Position numbers and translations under genes: made by a program. A DNA stretch of 64,000 bases from Mustelus asterias (taxonomy: Eukaryota), in the NCBI RefSeq assembly GCF_964213995.1, contig NW_027590123.1, positions 310,001 through 374,000 on the forward strand, given 5' to 3'. Of the stretch, positions 60,180 through 64,000 are shown piece after piece. The notes below the pieces were generated by a model. The model saw only the letters and a list, made by a program, of their open reading frames with translations. It did not search any database and was not told where the DNA came from. Position 1 is the first letter of the stretch. Each line of letters starts with the position of its first letter.

Positions 60180-61600
60180 GTGAGTATTATTGAGCATTCA
60201 TCTCCAATCCAGTGCTTTTAGTGCCATGCTCTGTTATTTGTGCTCTGTTCTATCTCTCAGGCTGGTCTGACTCCTTTCCTTTGGATCTGAATCCATATCC
60301 ATCCATTGCTCTGTTTCACCTCTGCCCTCTCTGATTACCTCTCTGTCATTGTTTAACTCTCTATTTTTCTAGTAGTAGATTTATTTTAACCCGTGTTTGG
60401 TATTTTACTGTTATTTTCTTGCAACTGTGTCTAAATGAAGCTTTCACCTTTTCCCATCCCTCAGCTATGAGCTTCTGATGTGCCATCTTTATCTCCCAAT
60501 GGTCAGGAATTCTTTTTCCTGCACTGGAGATCATTTCTCTTTTGCTCATTGGCTGATATTAAACATCAAATCTGCACCATAATTCCCTGGAATTGAAGAT
60601 TTGAAGTTACTATCAGATTAGCCATGATCTTATTAAATGGTGGAGCAGGCTTGAGGGGCTGAATGGCCTACGCTTGATCCTGATTGTATATCCATATTGA
60701 TTCTGCACACCCTGACATTTTAACTCTGTTCTCTTGCCACAGTTACCAGCGAACAAGTTAAGTATTTTCAGTATTTGCTCTTTTTATTTCAGATTTTCAG
60801 CAACCACAGTATTTTGCTATTATTTTGTTGCAGGCGTTTATCCCAGAACCGAGCCTTGAAGCAGAGATTGACCAATTAAGAATGACTTGTATCGGTGCGG
60901 GTGTTGGTTGTGGACGTTGATCTGTGTTTTCCAGTTACACACACTTTTTCACAGTGTTGGTGTGATTGAAATGTGGCACACTCATGGTGCCACAATTAGA
61001 TCAGTACAGATATCTCACAGGGTTGTGTGATGGAGGAGATTTCAGAGATGGGGTGGTTAAGTCTAGAGGTACAGGGTCAGAAGCTCAGTTTTGGGTAAAG
61101 GATGGCAGTAATGTTGTGAAATTAATTTCACTTCAGATAGTTGCTCGGGAGAAGGATTAGGGCGCGGTTAGGGAGTGAAGTTTGTATTGGGGCAATCTCT
61201 CTCGTGTGTATGTATATATTATGTGTGTATCTCTCTGTCACTCTCTATCTCTCTTCACCCATTGTGTCCAGAGTCTTGTGAAGGCACAGAACAGGCGGCA
61301 GGTTCCTTTCCCTGAAGGATATTACTGAACCTGTCTGATTTTTATGACAATCCAGCAGTTTCCATGGTCTCTTTTTCCTAGTGCCGGCCCCACAAATGAC
61401 CAGATTCATTCAGCTCAATTTCACAACCTGCCTTTGTGTTCTTGTGGGTTCTCTCTCACGTCTTTTTTTCTGTTTTAAATCAATTTCACAGGGTTTTAGA
61501 AGGGGAGGATTTGCAGTCAGGAAACTGAAATCAAACATCACATCAAAATCTGACGGGGTCACCTAATTTATCATAACCTGAATTTCATCGGATTTTGAAC

Positions 61601-62662
61601 ATGGAAGGAAAAAGCACCGTTGACAGTGGAGACAAACCGTCCGTGTGTTCTGTGTGTGGGCGAGGCTTCAGCCAGTCATCTGGCCTGTCGAGACACAAGC
61701 GCAGTCACAACAGGGAGAAGGTGTGGAAATGTGGGGACTGTGGGAAGGAATTCACTCATTCATCTGCCCTGCAGAATCACCAGCGACTTCATAGTGGGGA
61801 GAGACCGTTCACCTGCCCCGAGTGTGGGAAGGGATTCACTCGGTCGGCAACCTTGCTGAATCACCGGCGTGTTCACACTGGGGAGAGGCCATTCCCCTGC
61901 TCTCAGTGTGGGAAGAGATTCACTCAGTCATCCCACCTGCTGACACACCAACGTGATCACACTGGGGAAAAGCCATTCACCTGTTCCGTGTGTGGGAAGA
62001 GTTTCACTCGGTCATCCCACCTACAGACGCACCAGCGAGTTCACTCTGGAGAGAGACCATTTACCTGCTCTGAGTGTGGGAAGGGATTCATTCAATTATC
62101 CAACCTCTTGGTTCACCGGCAGGTTCACACTGGGGAGAGACCGTTCACCTGCTCCGTGTGTGGGAAGGGATTCACTCAGTCCGGCAGCCTGCATTTACAC
62201 AAACTGACTCACACTGGGGAGAAGCCATTCACCTGCTCCGAGTGTGGGAAGGGATTCACTCGGCCATCTGACTTGCTGATACACCAGCGAGTTCACACTG
62301 ACGAGAGACCTTTTAAATGTCCAGACTGTGGGAAGTGCTATAAAAGTTCCAGCCAACTGATGTCCCATCAACGCGTTCACACGGACGAGAGACCATTCAA
62401 GTGCACTGACTGCGGGACTGGGTTCAGGAGATCAACAAACCTGACTGTTCACCAACGAATTCACACCGGGGAGAGACCGTTCACCTGCTCCGAGTGCGGG
62501 AAGGGATTCACTGATTTATCCACCCTGCTGAAACACCAGCGCACACATACTGGAGAAAGGCCATTCACCTGCCCTAAATGTGGGAAGGGATTCACTCAGT
62601 CAGCCAACCTGCAGAGGCACCAGCGAATTCACACTGGGGAGAGGCCATTCACCTGTTCCTAG
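61601..62662 (+). CDS. ZNF-10: C2H2 zinc-finger protein, 12 fingers, truncated by TAG inside the 13th
   Basis: ATG at 61601. Acceptor ttcacag at about 61491. Finger-like DNA continues past the stop to about 62720. Confidence 0.9.
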   Translation: MEGKSTVDSGDKPSVCSVCGRGFSQSSGLSRHKRSHNREKVWKCGDCGKEFTHSSALQNHQRLHSGERPFTCPECGKGFTRSATLLNHRRVHTGERPFPCSQCGKRFTQSSHLLTHQRDHTGEKPFTCSVCGKSFTRSSHLQTHQRVHSGERPFTCSECGKGFIQLSNLLVHRQVHTGERPFTCSVCGKGFTQSGSLHLHKLTHTGEKPFTCSECGKGFTRPSDLLIHQRVHTDERPFKCPDCGKCYKSSSQLMSHQRVHTDERPFKCTDCGTGFRRSTNLTVHQRIHTGERPFTCSECGKGFTDLSTLLKHQRTHTGERPFTCPKCGKGFTQSANLQRHQRIHTGERPFTCS

Positions 62663-62774
62663 TGTGGGGAAAGGATTCATCGAGTTATCCAATCTGCTGA
62701 GACACCAGCCAGTTCACGAGTAACTACCACGATTTGGTTTTGCTGTTAACCACATCCATGTTCACTGGGATCTG

Positions 62775-63420
62775 GGTGTTTTTCTTCCTCCTCTTCCCAT
62801 TGTACTTGGAATCACCACAAAGTTGCTTCACCATCTCCTCCTGTCAGTCACCATTCCTCTCCCAATCCCATTGTATTTCTGTCTCTGTCCATCACATCTT
62901 TCCATCTGGTCTTAGACATTCCTCCTCTCCTTCTTCCTGACAGTCCCATGTCCATCACTCCCCTCACCACATTTCCTCCCTCACTCTCCATAACAGATGT
63001 CCAGACCATTTCAACCTCTTCTCCACTACATAGAAACATAAAAACTAGAATTCGGCCCTTCGATCCTGCTGCGCCATTCATTATGATCATGGTTGATCAT
63101 CGAATTCAATATCCTGATCCCTTTAGTCCCAAGAGCTATATCTAATTTCTTCTTGAAATCACACAATGTTTTAGCCTCAACTACTTTCTGTGGTTGTAGA
63201 TTCTTCCTTTTCAAGTTCAGTGATAATTTTCTATCACCGAATATTCCACTGCACATCTTCCAATTACTCCAGCCAGAGCTAATCTGTTTCTTCATTTCCA
63301 AATTTCCATCTCCTCCCATCACTGACCCCAGGTACTTGAAGCTACTCATATTCTTCAAGTCTTCACCCATAATCTTTACCTTCACTCTCATCCCCTTCCC
63401 TAATCTCAATTTGACAGTCC
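62775..63420 (-). mobile_element. RTE-clade LINE C-terminal fragment with a nested CR1 tail (about 63026-63198)
   Basis: FKYLGSVMGGDG..ISSGWSNWKMCSGIFGD and GRRRGGMSKTRWKDVMDRD are RTE-type motifs. Confidence 0.7.
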
Positions 63421-63884
63421 AGAAATTGGATCTTTGGTTCATTAGTGTTCTTGAGGGAGGGAAATCTGCCATTCTTACCTGATCTGTATAGACTTGAAAC
63501 GTTAACTCTGTTTCTCTTTCCACAGATGCTGCCAAACCTGCTGAGTTTTTCCCAAATTTTCTGTTTTATTTCAGATTTCAAGCATCCACAGTAATTTGCT
63601 TTTACTTAATCCAATCTTCTTATTGCATTGACCTTCCTGATATTTTTCTATCATTTGTCTTAAAAAATACCTTTGTTCTCTGTTTCTGCTGATGTTGATA
63701 AACTCGATCCCGATCATATGTGTTAATATTCTGGATAAAAGTCAAATAAATCAGCTTTGTGTTGGAACAGCCAGTGTGGTTAATAATTTTAATATCTCCA
63801 ACACAAGTTAGCTCTTTTTAAAACATCCTCGGTATCCCTGTCTCCTCCATTCTTGCCAAAGCAACGAGTGTGAGGAGCTCATGG

Positions 63885-64000
63885 AATCATAGAATCCCTG
63901 CAATGTGGAAGGAGGCCATTCGGCCCATTGAGTCTGCACCAACTCTCCAACAGAGCATATTACCTCGGCCCTATCCCCATGCATCCATCATGGCCAATAC
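63885..64000 (-). mobile_element. HE1-type SINE 3' end, running off the window
   Basis: aatcatagaatccc..ggaggccattcggcccattgagtctgcacc. Confidence 0.7.

Overview
This is eukaryotic, repeat-rich vertebrate DNA. The HE1-type tRNA-derived SINEs with CR1 (HER1-type) partner LINEs point to a cartilaginous fish, most likely a shark. The window holds a dense cluster of C2H2 zinc-finger genes, labelled ZNF-1 to ZNF-10 here: eight long arrays of 7-14 intact fingers, two decayed pseudogenes and one orphan 3' fragment. Each array sits in one terminal exon, and I see no KRAB, SCAN or BTB effector domain. Most genes are arranged head-to-head around small CpG-rich promoters with NRF1, YY1, CCAAT, GC-box, CRE and ETS-like motifs. 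The paralogs share intron, leader and 3'UTR blocks. The space between them is filled with CR1, Tx1/L1 and RTE LINE pieces, SINEs, a probable GalEa-type Copia fragment and many Penelope-like elements (PLEs). The most notable signals are: (i) fold-back mini-PLEs carrying minimal hammerhead ribozyme motifs with covarying helix I; (ii) a recurrent TGGAGGACC-N11/14-GGTCCTCCA palindrome beside CCAAT boxes in four ZNF promoters; (iii) 5' leaders made of fossil zinc fingers with shared in-frame TGA codons; (iv) intact arrays that lack their AUG; (v) a mirrored bidirectional promoter. Repeat boundaries are approximate, and family names come from motif recognition without database searches.
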